Notes under the pieces: generated by a model
Databases searched by the model: none
What the model was told of the DNA's origin: nothing
Seen by the model: only the letters and a program-made list of their open reading frames with translations
NCBI GenBank assembly: GCA_022825065.1
Contig: JAJDYR010000037.1
Coordinates: forward strand, 7,805 to 71,804
Direction of reading: 5' to 3'
Origin: a bacterium
GTDB taxonomy: Bacteria > UBA8248
DNA: 64,000 nt
In this document: positions 18,125-26,574 of the stretch, piece by piece
Position numbering within the stretch: the first letter of the stretch is position 1
How the letters are laid out: each line of letters starts with the position of its first letter
Position numbers and translations under genes: made by a program

Positions 18125-18745
18125 TCAACGATACATCCTCTTCAGTATCTCCGCATCGATGGGCGGAAGCGTATCGCCAGTATGCCGTACGGCAAACCTA
18201 TGATTCATCACAGACTTTGGGAATGATTCATGTTCTACATGACCCTGTATGCCGAGGGCATGGAGGAGTTCATGTAGAGCCATAGTCCATAAAAAATCTG
18301 TTTGCTCTTTCGCGTAAGTGTCTGCGATGTAGATTGTGCTGGATTTAGTGTGGCCGCTATCAAAGTCGAGTATGCTGTCAGCGCAGCCGAATCTTTCACC
18401 TGCACAGTCATCACTAAAAGTGTCTCCGTGTTGCACTAACTTAACGATGATGCTGACTTCTTGGTCAAATTTCACTGTACGAATTTTGTGCTCTGGTGGA
18501 AGTTCTTTGTTGACCAGTGTTATAGCACGGGCTATAGCCGTCGCCGCATTCTCTGCGGTCGTATCTTTAGCTTTCAAACGTTTGATAAAATCTATATCGA
18601 ATGTAAGTGTCGGCTCTTTCGCATGGGGGTAAAGGCCGCCGTTTAAGGCGGACTGTTCCACCTGTGCGATATACGTAGCTATAGGTGTGGTGGCGTTACA
18701 AGCAGTAATTAATGCCGCTAATAGAATGCTAAAAATGATGAGCAT
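18125..18745 (-). CDS. Lipoprotein with metzincin-type zinc-peptidase motif (HExxHxxGxxH)
   Basis: Signal peptide plus lipobox MLIIFSILLAALITAC. The motif ALHELLHALGIQGHVEH is present near the C-terminus. Low GC. Confidence 0.5.
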   Translation of the reverse strand: MLIIFSILLAALITACNATTPIATYIAQVEQSALNGGLYPHAKEPTLTFDIDFIKRLKAKDTTAENAATAIARAITLVNKELPPEHKIRTVKFDQEVSIIVKLVQHGDTFSDDCAGERFGCADSILDFDSGHTKSSTIYIADTYAKEQTDFLWTMALHELLHALGIQGHVEHESFPKSVMNHRFAVRHTGDTLPPIDAEILKRMYR

Positions 18746-18748
18746 GTC

Positions 18749-19120
18749 TCATAACCTTTTTCTTCTTGACTTAGAATGTCTTTTCTGCTTTTTCCAAAAA
18801 TCACCTAAAGCCTCAAAATATCTCCCTGTATTACGAACACAAAGATCGTCAGGATGTGCCGAAGGAGCAAAATTTGCTAGAGTTTTATCAAGTAATGTCC
18901 ATGATCCAGTTTTCCTCGAACTATAAATGAGAATATCTGGCTCTGGTTCACCGTTTTCAGTATAAAGCTTCATCATGAGTGTTTGCTTTTTTACATGTTC
19001 CATATATTGCTTCATCTCATTTTCAGATAAACATAACATCAATCTTCCTTGAGAAAAGTTATTGTCAAAAACAATTATCAAGCCAATTAGGACAACAAAA
19101 ACTATCAGCACTTTCTTCAT
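18749..19120 (-). CDS. Small membrane-anchored hypothetical protein
   Basis: N-terminal TM helix MKKVLIVFVVLIGLIIVF, then a basic C-terminus. Low GC, with a 3-nt gap to the downstream gene. Confidence 0.4.
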   Translation of the reverse strand: MKKVLIVFVVLIGLIIVFDNNFSQGRLMLCLSENEMKQYMEHVKKQTLMMKLYTENGEPEPDILIYSSRKTGSWTLLDKTLANFAPSAHPDDLCVRNTGRYFEALGDFWKKQKRHSKSRRKRL

Positions 19121-19172
19121 GTAAAATCCCTCTTGGAGAATAACGATGCCTGTTATTTTAATTGCCTATGAC

Positions 19173-19595
19173 CTAAATCATGAATCTCCATCTGATAGCC
19201 CGCGAATGGCAGATATTATTAATATATAATTCCCCAAAATTATTGGGCTGGAACGGAAGCAGGGAAACTTCAATTTCCTTGCCTCGCAGATTGAGCCATG
19301 GGCCGGCTCCTCCCCCCGATGTCTCCAGTTGATCTCCAATCGGGATATCGACCCTGACCCTGTATTTTTCCGTTTGGATTGGATCCCCGCTGACGGGGAT
19401 GATATCGGTAAAACCGATGCTGGACAGTTTCCCTTCATCGACCACCTTCTGAGATATCATGGTGCCTTGCGCGCCCGTATCCAGTATTGCCGGATAAGAT
19501 TTGGGCTTTGTCCGCGCCGACGGCGGGCTCCCGATCGAAATGGCGGCAAACAGGCGGATTTCCCTGTTTTCCACCCGCCCTCGAAACGTAGGCAT
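19173..19595 (-). CDS. Retropepsin-like (clan AA) aspartic protease
   Basis: 140-aa protein with the catalytic motif AILDTGAQGTMIS (DTGA) and a C-terminal hydrophobic motif as in bacterial retropepsin-like proteins. Confidence 0.6.
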   Translation of the reverse strand: MPTFRGRVENREIRLFAAISIGSPPSARTKPKSYPAILDTGAQGTMISQKVVDEGKLSSIGFTDIIPVSGDPIQTEKYRVRVDIPIGDQLETSGGGAGPWLNLRGKEIEVSLLPFQPNNFGELYINNICHSRAIRWRFMI

Positions 19596-19612
19596 TCAGG
19601 GTTTTGTCGACT

Positions 19613-19888
19613 TCAGGATTTGGGTAGGCACATGGTGAAAACGCCGAGAGATATCGGCGGTTCACCAATTTTTTCGATTGAAAAATTTCCGAGACCGAAT
19701 TTCTCACAACCTATCGCATATGCGTCACCGCTATCGTCATAAATCTCAACAATTTCTCCGTCATGGAGCAATGCCGCCCTTCCGAAGTGTTCGGCCTCCA
19801 TTTCTTCCTTTATGGCGTTGTACGCAGCCCGGTTCTTGTGAAGCTGTGAGTTCATCTTCCTACCCTCCCGCAAGCAGGCGAATCTCAA
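19613..19888 (-). CDS. Small hypothetical protein, first gene of the low-GC insertion operon
   Basis: 91-aa ORF (possible internal start MNSQLHK...), 17 nt upstream of the protease gene. Region ...AALLHDGEIVEIYDDSGDAYAIGCEKFG... Confidence 0.35.
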   Translation of the reverse strand: MRFACLREGRKMNSQLHKNRAAYNAIKEEMEAEHFGRAALLHDGEIVEIYDDSGDAYAIGCEKFGLGNFSIEKIGEPPISLGVFTMCLPKS

Positions 19889-20089
19889 CTGCCAAGGGGC
19901 TAAAAATCATGGCACATATTGAGCCGGATGTTAAGTCTGTAAATATGGATGACTGCCCCGGTCGCCAGGGGCAAGCGCCAATGCCCGCCGGAATCATCAG
20001 CATCCCAAAACGTAAAGCCTCCATCAGAACGCAGCCACTCCCGCCAGCCCCCGCTCCAGGCAAACCCCGCTTCACCACCCCAACCCCTC

Positions 20090-20215
20090 CCCCCATTTGG
20101 CATGAGCGCGGAACCTTGGTCTAATGGGCGCGGTTTTGTTCGTGGAGCGCCTTACCCGAAGGAGGAAGCATGGCGGCGTATGACGTGGCGGTTATCGGCG
20201 GCGGCCCTGCGGGCT
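20090..20215 (+). repeat. Right copy of the ~115-bp direct repeat (native lpdA 5' region)
   Basis: ccccatttggcatgagcgcggaaccttggtctaatgggcgcgg...aaggaggaagcATGGCGGCGTATGACGTGGCGGTTATCGG. Confidence 0.7.
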
Positions 20216-21576
20216 ACGTGGCGGGCGTGCGCGTGGCCCAGAGCGGGGGCAGCTGTGTGGTCATCGAGCGCGGCGAGCTGGGCGGCACCTGCCTGAACTG
20301 GGGCTGCATCCCCAGCAAGAGCCTCATCGCCGCGGCGGAAGTCTACCGGAACATCAAGAACGCGGACGCCTACGGCATCGAAGTCACGGGAGAGGTGCGC
20401 GCCGACCTGGCCGCCATGGTCGAGCGCAAGGACAAGATTGTCGCAGGCCTGGTAAGGGGAATCGGCGGGCTGTTCAAGGCCCACGGGGTGGCCCACATGG
20501 CGGGCGAGGCCGAGATTCTGGAGATGGGCAAGATTTCCGTGCTCGGAAAAGACGGCGAGTACGAGGTGGTCGAGGCCGATAAGATCATCATCGCCACGGG
20601 TTCCCGGCCCGCGCAGATTCCCGCCTTTCCCATCGACGGCGAAAAAATCATCTCCTCCGAGCAGGCCGTGCACTTGAAGAATCTTCCCGAGCGGGTGCTC
20701 ATCGTGGGCGCCGGCGTCATCGGCTGTGAGTTCGCGTGTCTCTATAGAGAGCTGGGGGCGGAGGTCACAATGGTGGAACTGCTCGACCGCGTCCTGCCGC
20801 TGGGGGATGAGGACGTCTCGAAACTCATGGCGCGTGAACTCAGAAAACAGAAGATCAAGGTGCGTCTTGGTGAGGAGATAACGGGCGTCTCGCGCAAGCG
20901 AGGGGAGTTGGTCGCCGAATTCGAGGGTTCGGATGATGAGGAGCGCGCGGAACTGGTGCTCGTCTCCGTGGGCCGGACGATGAACACCGACGGCCTGGGT
21001 CTGGAGCGAATCGGCGTGGAACTCGGGCCGCGCGGCGAGATCAAGGTGAACGATTTGATGGAGACGAACGCCCCCGGCGTCTATGCGGCGGGCGACGTGG
21101 TGGGCGAGCCCATGCTCGCGCACGTGGCTTCCGCCGAGGGAATTGCCGCGGCGGAAAACGCCATGGGCGCGGAGATACGGATGGATTACCGCGCGATTCC
21201 GGCGGGCATCTTCACCCATCCCGAGATCGGCGTCGTCGGCATGGCCGAGCACGAGGCGGAGAAGGCGGGGCACGCGGTGCGCGTGGGCAAGTTCTCCGTC
21301 CGCGCTCTCGGCAAGGCGCAGGCCGAACGCGCGTTGGAGGGAGAGGTGAAGGTGATCGCCGACGCGGGGGATGACGCCATCCTTGGCGTTCACATCGTGG
21401 GCGCGCATGCCGCCGACATCGTGCACGAGGCCGCCGTCGCCATGCAGCACCGCGTCACCGCCTCGGACCTGGCCGGCACCATGCACTCCCACCCCACGCT
21501 CTCGGAAGCCGTCATGGAGGCGGCATTGGACGTCCACGGCGAGGCCATCCACGCGCCGCCCAAGAAACGTTCGTAA
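20170..21576 (+). CDS. lpdA: Dihydrolipoyl dehydrogenase (E3 component)
   Basis: FAD-binding GGGPAGY, redox-active disulfide GGTCLNWGCIPSK, NAD-binding VIVGAGVIGCEFA, and the C-terminal HAHPTLSE interface motif. Confidence 0.9.
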   Translation: MAAYDVAVIGGGPAGYVAGVRVAQSGGSCVVIERGELGGTCLNWGCIPSKSLIAAAEVYRNIKNADAYGIEVTGEVRADLAAMVERKDKIVAGLVRGIGGLFKAHGVAHMAGEAEILEMGKISVLGKDGEYEVVEADKIIIATGSRPAQIPAFPIDGEKIISSEQAVHLKNLPERVLIVGAGVIGCEFACLYRELGAEVTMVELLDRVLPLGDEDVSKLMARELRKQKIKVRLGEEITGVSRKRGELVAEFEGSDDEERAELVLVSVGRTMNTDGLGLERIGVELGPRGEIKVNDLMETNAPGVYAAGDVVGEPMLAHVASAEGIAAAENAMGAEIRMDYRAIPAGIFTHPEIGVVGMAEHEAEKAGHAVRVGKFSVRALGKAQAERALEGEVKVIADAGDDAILGVHIVGAHAADIVHEAAVAMQHRVTASDLAGTMHSHPTLSEAVMEAALDVHGEAIHAPPKKRS

Positions 21577-21610
21577 GAGGTTGTTGGAAAAGCCTCCTTG
21601 TCAGGGGATA

Positions 21611-21760
21611 AAGGCAACCCCCCCTACCCCCCCTTGACAGGGGGGTAAAAAAAGAAAACCCCACTGACAAAGGCGCAAGAAAAAACAAGAGCCCCCCTAC
21701 CGGCGGTGGGTGTCGCCTTTTCATACCCCCCTGTCAAGGGGGGGTAGGGGGGGTTGCCTT
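21611..21760. mobile_element. MITE-like element, family 1 (poly-C/G TIRs GGCAACCCCCCCTACCCCCCCTTGACAGGGGGG)
   Basis: Perfect ~35-bp terminal inverted repeats flank a ~75-bp core. No ORF. A second copy lies at 48409-48530. Confidence 0.6.
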
Positions 21761-21864
21761 TCAGGGCGAGAGGCTGCGGCTCGTGTTCCGCCGGCGAAAA
21801 AACAGGGACGCATGTATGCGTCCCCTACACGAAAATCCTCCGTTCACAGAGGAGGTCTTTGGTC

Positions 21865-21993
21865 GTCATTCCGGCGTATGCCGGAATCCAGGGACTTTGT
21901 TTTTGAATTTGCCTTTTCGCTTTATCGTTTTTCTTGGCCTTCCTGCGATTCGGTATCCCCGTCTGCTCTGGATTCCGGCATGCGCCGGAATGA
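21865..21993. mobile_element. MITE-like element, family 2 (TIR GTCATTCCGGCGTATGCCGGAATCCAG)
   Basis: 27-bp TIRs, each itself containing a palindrome (CCGGCG.A.GCCGGAAT), flank ~75 bp. A second copy is at 26300-26434 and a solo TIR at 14890-14916. Confidence 0.6.
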
Positions 21994-22178
21994 CGGGTAT
22001 TGTGGTCTCTCCAGCAGGGTGTCGTAGGGGCGCTTCGTGAAGTGCCCGTTTCTCTGGCGAGGGCCGTTCGCGAATGTGGTCCGTTCACGAGAACGGCCCA
22101 CTACGGAACACTTTATCAGGACTTCTTCAACATTCCACCAAAGAAATCGTCGAAACAACCTTGCGGATTTCGTGACGG

Positions 22179-23159
22179 CTAATACGGCACGTCGATGAGC
22201 ATGCCCTCGCCCGAGCGCATGTCTTCCTCCAATAGCTCGCGCATCGCCTTGGTCACCGGGCCGGGCTTGCCGTCCCCGATGACCTGATCGTCCCACTGCA
22301 CGACGGGGGCGACGTATATCGAGCTTCCGATGAGCATCATCTCGGCGGACGCCTTGGCCTCGGCGACGGGGATGTCGTCCACCACCACGTCGGCGATGAC
22401 GCCTTGATCCACGAGGCGGCTCGCGAGTTCGAGAAGCCGCTTCACGGTGCAGCCCGAGAGGATGTTCTCGAACCTGGGATGGCGCAGCACGCGATCGTTC
22501 GTCACGAAGGCGCAGTTCATGTTCGAGCCCTCGCCCACGTTGCCGGCCTCGTCCACGAAGATGCCGTTGTCGAGGCCTTGTTCTTTCGCCTCCATCTGCA
22601 TGAGGGTGTTGGGGAGGTAGTTCGTGCTCTTCGTGACCGCGTAGAGCGGCGGCTTGATGGGGTAGGTGGTCGTCATCACGCGCATGCCCTCGGCGTAGTA
22701 GCGCTCGGGGTAGTCCAGGCCGCCGAAGATCATCACGAAAAAGGCGGGCTTGGCGTCGCCTGCGGGGATGAGCCCCAGGTTGCCGGTTCCGGAAGAAGCC
22801 CAGTAGCGGATGGACCCCTCGCGGCGGCCCGAGAGCGCGCTCGTTCGGATGACGATCTCGCGCATCTCCTCGCGGCTCGGCAGTTCGAGTTTCGACGCCT
22901 GGGCTGAGCGGATGAAGCGGTCCAGGTGGTTTTCGAGATCGTAGATCTTCCCCTCGATGATGGCCGCGGTGTCGAAGATGCCGTGGCCCCGGTGGACCAT
23001 GTGGTCGTCGAAGGGGATGACCATGAGGGCGGGGTCCGTCACCACGCCGCCCAGGTGGCTCGAATAAAACGCCGAATAATCGACCTCCTGCGTCTCGCGC
23101 AGGTTCTTGAGGCTATCGAGTACGTCCTCTCTCGTGAGCACGCCAATGCTTTCCGCCAT
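22179..23159 (-). CDS. Class IV PLP aminotransferase (branched-chain amino acid aminotransferase-like)
   Basis: 326 aa. Fold-type IV motifs are present (...EGSNMNCAFV..., ...LSGCTVKRLLELA...). Confidence 0.7.
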   Translation of the reverse strand: MAESIGVLTREDVLDSLKNLRETQEVDYSAFYSSHLGGVVTDPALMVIPFDDHMVHRGHGIFDTAAIIEGKIYDLENHLDRFIRSAQASKLELPSREEMREIVIRTSALSGRREGSIRYWASSGTGNLGLIPAGDAKPAFFVMIFGGLDYPERYYAEGMRVMTTTYPIKPPLYAVTKSTNYLPNTLMQMEAKEQGLDNGIFVDEAGNVGEGSNMNCAFVTNDRVLRHPRFENILSGCTVKRLLELASRLVDQGVIADVVVDDIPVAEAKASAEMMLIGSSIYVAPVVQWDDQVIGDGKPGPVTKAMRELLEEDMRSGEGMLIDVPY

Positions 23160-23336
23160 GTTGTTCTCCTGTTTGTCGCATCTGTTCCCTGGAATTTCAG
23201 GGAGTCATCCGAGTGGTGAATACATATTTCATCTGATTTCACCCGCATGATGCCGCTTAGGTGATTTTCGGGCAAGGCCCTGCTACATTGTCGCCCGGAT
23301 AGTTCGGGCAGATAGAGTGAACCGGAGGCATGCTTG

Positions 23337-24479
23337 ATGCAGGAAAATGGTTTTTTGAACGACGAGCAGAAAATGGTGCGCGAGATGGTGCGCGATTTCT
23401 GTGAGCGCGAGATCGCCCCGGTGGCGGCGGAGATAGACGAGGGCCGCTTCCCGGCGGAGGTCGTGAAGAGCATGGGCGAACTCGGGCTGATGGGCCTCAC
23501 CGTGCCGGATTCCTACGGAGGAGGAGGGGCGGACCCGGTCTCGATGGCGCTGGCGACCGAGGAGGTCGCCGCCGCGTGTCCTTCGACGAGCGCGATTTTC
23601 GCCGCGCATAATTCGCTTGTCTGCGAACCCGTGCATCGCTACGGCAGCGAGGGGCAAAAGGAAAAGTTCCTGCGCGGTCTGGCGAGCGGCTCGTGCATCG
23701 GCGCCTTCGCCCTGACGGAGCCGGGCGCGGGTTCCGACGCCGCCTCTCTCACCACAACCGCCGTGCGCGAGGGGGACGCCTACCGCATCAACGGCGTCAA
23801 GCGCTTCATCACCAGCGGCAAGCAGTCGGGCCTGTGCCTTCTCTTCGCCGTGACGGATCGCGCCATGCGCCACAAGGGGCTGAGCGCCTTCCTGGTGCCG
23901 CGCGACGCCGAGGGCTTCGAGGTCGTGCGCAGCGAGGACAAGATGGGGATGCACGGGTGTTCGATATCGGAGCTCCGCTTCGACGCCGTGGAACTGCCCG
24001 AGGCGAACCGCATGGGGGAGGAGGGGCAGGGCTTTGAACTCGCGATGCGCATCCTGGATTCGGGGCGCATCATCGTCGCGGCCCAGGGGCTCGGCTTCGC
24101 GCGGGCGTGCCTCGACGCCTCGGTGGCCTATGCGCGCGAGCGCGAGACGTTCGGCGTCCCGATAAAGGATCACCAGCCCGTGGCGTGGAAGCTCGCCGAT
24201 ATGGCCGTGCGCGTCCACGGCGCGCGTCTGTTGACCTTGAAGGCGGCGCGGCTCAAGGCGGCGGGCGCGTCCTATTCGGCCGAATCCGCCGTCGCCAAGG
24301 TGTTCGCCACCGACGCCGCCCAGCGAAACGCCGAAGAAGGCGTGCAACTCCACGGGGGCAACGGCTACATGCGCGAGTATCCCGTGGAGCGCTTCTACCG
24401 GGCTTCGAAGGTGACGCAGATCTACGAGGGCACGAACGAGATACTCCGCCAGGTCATCGCCAAGCACCTGCTCAACTGA
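23337..24479 (+). CDS. Acyl-CoA dehydrogenase (short/branched-chain type)
   Basis: 380 aa with ACAD motifs ...FALTEPGAGSDA..., ...QLHGGNGYMREYPVERFYRASKVTQIYEGTNEI...; GGAGG RBS 8 nt upstream of ATG 23337. Confidence 0.85.
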   Translation: MQENGFLNDEQKMVREMVRDFCEREIAPVAAEIDEGRFPAEVVKSMGELGLMGLTVPDSYGGGGADPVSMALATEEVAAACPSTSAIFAAHNSLVCEPVHRYGSEGQKEKFLRGLASGSCIGAFALTEPGAGSDAASLTTTAVREGDAYRINGVKRFITSGKQSGLCLLFAVTDRAMRHKGLSAFLVPRDAEGFEVVRSEDKMGMHGCSISELRFDAVELPEANRMGEEGQGFELAMRILDSGRIIVAAQGLGFARACLDASVAYARERETFGVPIKDHQPVAWKLADMAVRVHGARLLTLKAARLKAAGASYSAESAVAKVFATDAAQRNAEEGVQLHGGNGYMREYPVERFYRASKVTQIYEGTNEILRQVIAKHLLN

Positions 24480-24795
24480 TACGAACGCCGCCCACCGCCC
24501 TTGTGCTGAGCGCCATCAATGGAAAAAGCTGTTTTGAGGCGCATCCATGCAACACAAACTTGTTTGTGGATCATTTTTGGCCCAAAAGTGTCAGGAAACG
24601 CCGGTTTCTTCGAACTCGTTATAAGAAACATACCGCCGTCGCCCGAATATAAGGCGTAACGACGGCTCAGAAACCGCTTTGTCGCTCATGTATGAACAAC
24701 AAAGCATTTTGTCGCTCACTTTTGGGCGAAAGTGATTGACAAAATCCTTTGCCGTGCATTTATTAACGACAAACGCGTCTCCGCCCCCGATTGAG

Positions 24796-25485
24796 ATGAA
24801 TGAGCCGATGTCGTTCTCACTCGTTTGCTTGAATGATTCCCGGAAAAAGCGGGCGCCTCGCGCGCGCTTGCGCAGCCATGCCGCCCTGGCCATCGCTCTC
24901 GCTTTCCTCGTGAGCGGCTGCGTGACGCCGACGCCCAGGCGGCAGGGGAACATCTGCGAGGTGTTCGAGCAGCAGCCCGACTGGTACGACTACGCCCGCG
25001 CCTCCGAGAAGCGCTGGGGCACGCCGGTGCACGTGCAGATGGCGTTCGTGTGGAAGGAGTCGAGCTTCCAGAGCCATGCGAGGCCGCCCATGCGGTGGTT
25101 CCTGTTCATCCCGCTCGGCCGCGCCTCCACGGCGCTCGGCTATGCGCAGTCCCTGAACCCGACCTGGGGGGACTACAAGGCGGAGCGCGGCAGCATATTG
25201 AGCAGCCGCACGCGGATGAAGGATGCGCTCGATTTCATCGGCTGGTACAACGCCAAGACCCGGCGCGAACTGGGCATCTCCCTGCACGACGCGCACAGGC
25301 TCTACCTCGCCTATCACGAGGGAAGGGGCGGGTACCGGCGCGGAACGTGGAAGAAAAAGCCGAAACTGCGCCGCGCCGCGCGGCGCGTGGCCGAGACCGC
25401 CCGGCGCTACAAGGCCCAGCTCGCGCGATGCGAGTCGAGGTTCCGGTGCGATTCCTGGTATCAGATCTGGCCCTTTTGCCGCTGA
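24796..25485 (+). CDS. Lipoprotein with lytic transglycosylase (SLT)-like domain
   Basis: Signal/lipobox ALAFLVSGC. The catalytic-type E-S-S motif (VWKESSFQSHAR) and ...ALGYAQ are present. Confidence 0.5.
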   Translation: MNEPMSFSLVCLNDSRKKRAPRARLRSHAALAIALAFLVSGCVTPTPRRQGNICEVFEQQPDWYDYARASEKRWGTPVHVQMAFVWKESSFQSHARPPMRWFLFIPLGRASTALGYAQSLNPTWGDYKAERGSILSSRTRMKDALDFIGWYNAKTRRELGISLHDAHRLYLAYHEGRGGYRRGTWKKKPKLRRAARRVAETARRYKAQLARCESRFRCDSWYQIWPFCR

Positions 25486-25495
25486 GGTGTTCTGA

Positions 25496-26179
25496 ATGTT
25501 TTCTTACCGTTTTCGTAGATTCCCCATGGTTGTCATCTGTTTTTTGATCGCGCTTCTCGCTCTCGCGCCCGGCCTCGCCCGTGCGCAGGAGGAGATAGTG
25601 CTCGGCCGCTTCTCGGCGGGCGACCTCACGGGCTGGGAGCCCAAGAGCTTCGAGGGCGAAACCCGCTACCGCCTGACCAAGGACGGCGATGGCCAAACCG
25701 TCTTGGAAGCGGTGAGCAAGGCCGCTGCGTCCGGCCTCGTGTACGAGCGGAAGATCGACGTCACCAAAACGCCGATTCTCATCTGGCGCTGGCGGATCGA
25801 TCGCCCCGTCAACCCGCCGGATGAACTCTCGAAGGGAGGAGACGACTTCGCCGTCCGCGTCTATTTCCTGGCGCCCGGCGCCGGCTGGCTCTCTTTCCCG
25901 GATTCGGTGGTCTACGTCTGGGCCAGCAAACAGCCGGAAGGCTCCGCCTGGCCGAACCCCTACACGAAGAAGGCCCACATGGTCGCCGTCGATTCGGGCG
26001 CGAAACACGCCGGGCAGTGGCGCACCCATCGCCGGAACATGCGCGAGGATTTCAGGCGCTATTTCGGCCGCGACATCACCGGGATCACCCACATCGCCAT
26101 CATGACCGACACCGACAACAGCAAGCTCTCTGCCCGCGGCTGGTACGGCGACATCCGCGTCGCCCCCGCAAAGCCGTAA
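25496..26179 (+). CDS. DUF3047 domain secreted protein
   Basis: Signal peptide MVVICFLIALLALAPGLARA. Regions ...ILIWRWRIDRPV..., ...DDFAVRVYF... are typical of the DUF3047 family. Confidence 0.55.
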   Translation: MFSYRFRRFPMVVICFLIALLALAPGLARAQEEIVLGRFSAGDLTGWEPKSFEGETRYRLTKDGDGQTVLEAVSKAAASGLVYERKIDVTKTPILIWRWRIDRPVNPPDELSKGGDDFAVRVYFLAPGAGWLSFPDSVVYVWASKQPEGSAWPNPYTKKAHMVAVDSGAKHAGQWRTHRRNMREDFRRYFGRDITGITHIAIMTDTDNSKLSARGWYGDIRVAPAKP

Positions 26180-26299
26180 GGCGCTTCTCGCCGGGAAAAC
26201 TTCCGCATTTTCGGCGGCGTATGAGGGGCTGTTGAAAAGTCCCCCAAAAGTGTTGTTCCTTCCCCCTCAATCGGGAGTGTTCACCGGAGAGTGTTCACC

Positions 26300-26434
26300 G
26301 TCATTCCGGCGAAAGCCGGAATCCATTTTACGCCTTTTGTCTTTCGTCGGGGTTCCTGCGCATCGGCGGGGGACGAAACGCCGCCGTTCTTCCACCCGCA
26401 CCCGCAAATGGATTCCGGCTTTCGCCGGAATGAC
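26300..26434. mobile_element. MITE-like element, family 2 (second complete copy)
   Basis: GTCATTCCGGCGAAAGCCGGAATCCATTT ... AAATGGATTCCGGCTTTCGCCGGAATGAC, preceded at 26222-26250 by a family-3 GGGGCTGTTGAAAAGTCCCCC motif. Confidence 0.6.
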
Positions 26435-26574
26435 GGCAGTGGTCGATTTCGGGCGAGGAGAGTTTTTCTCCGGACCCGTCGCGACGCACCCGGGGCCGTG
26501 CGATATCTGCGGCGATAGTTGTTTTTGGGACGTTTGGCGCCGTCGTGCGTCTTCGGTCGGCGCGGAGCCGCGCG

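Noticed and set aside
20152-21552. 466-aa minus-strand ORF antisense to lpdA, and many similar long antisense ORFs in the track (e.g. 23283-24467, 49177-50559, 53424-54272)
   Set aside because: In ~65% GC DNA, stop-free antisense frames are expected. The sense-strand products have unambiguous conserved motifs, and the antisense products are Arg/Ala/Gly-rich low-complexity sequences.
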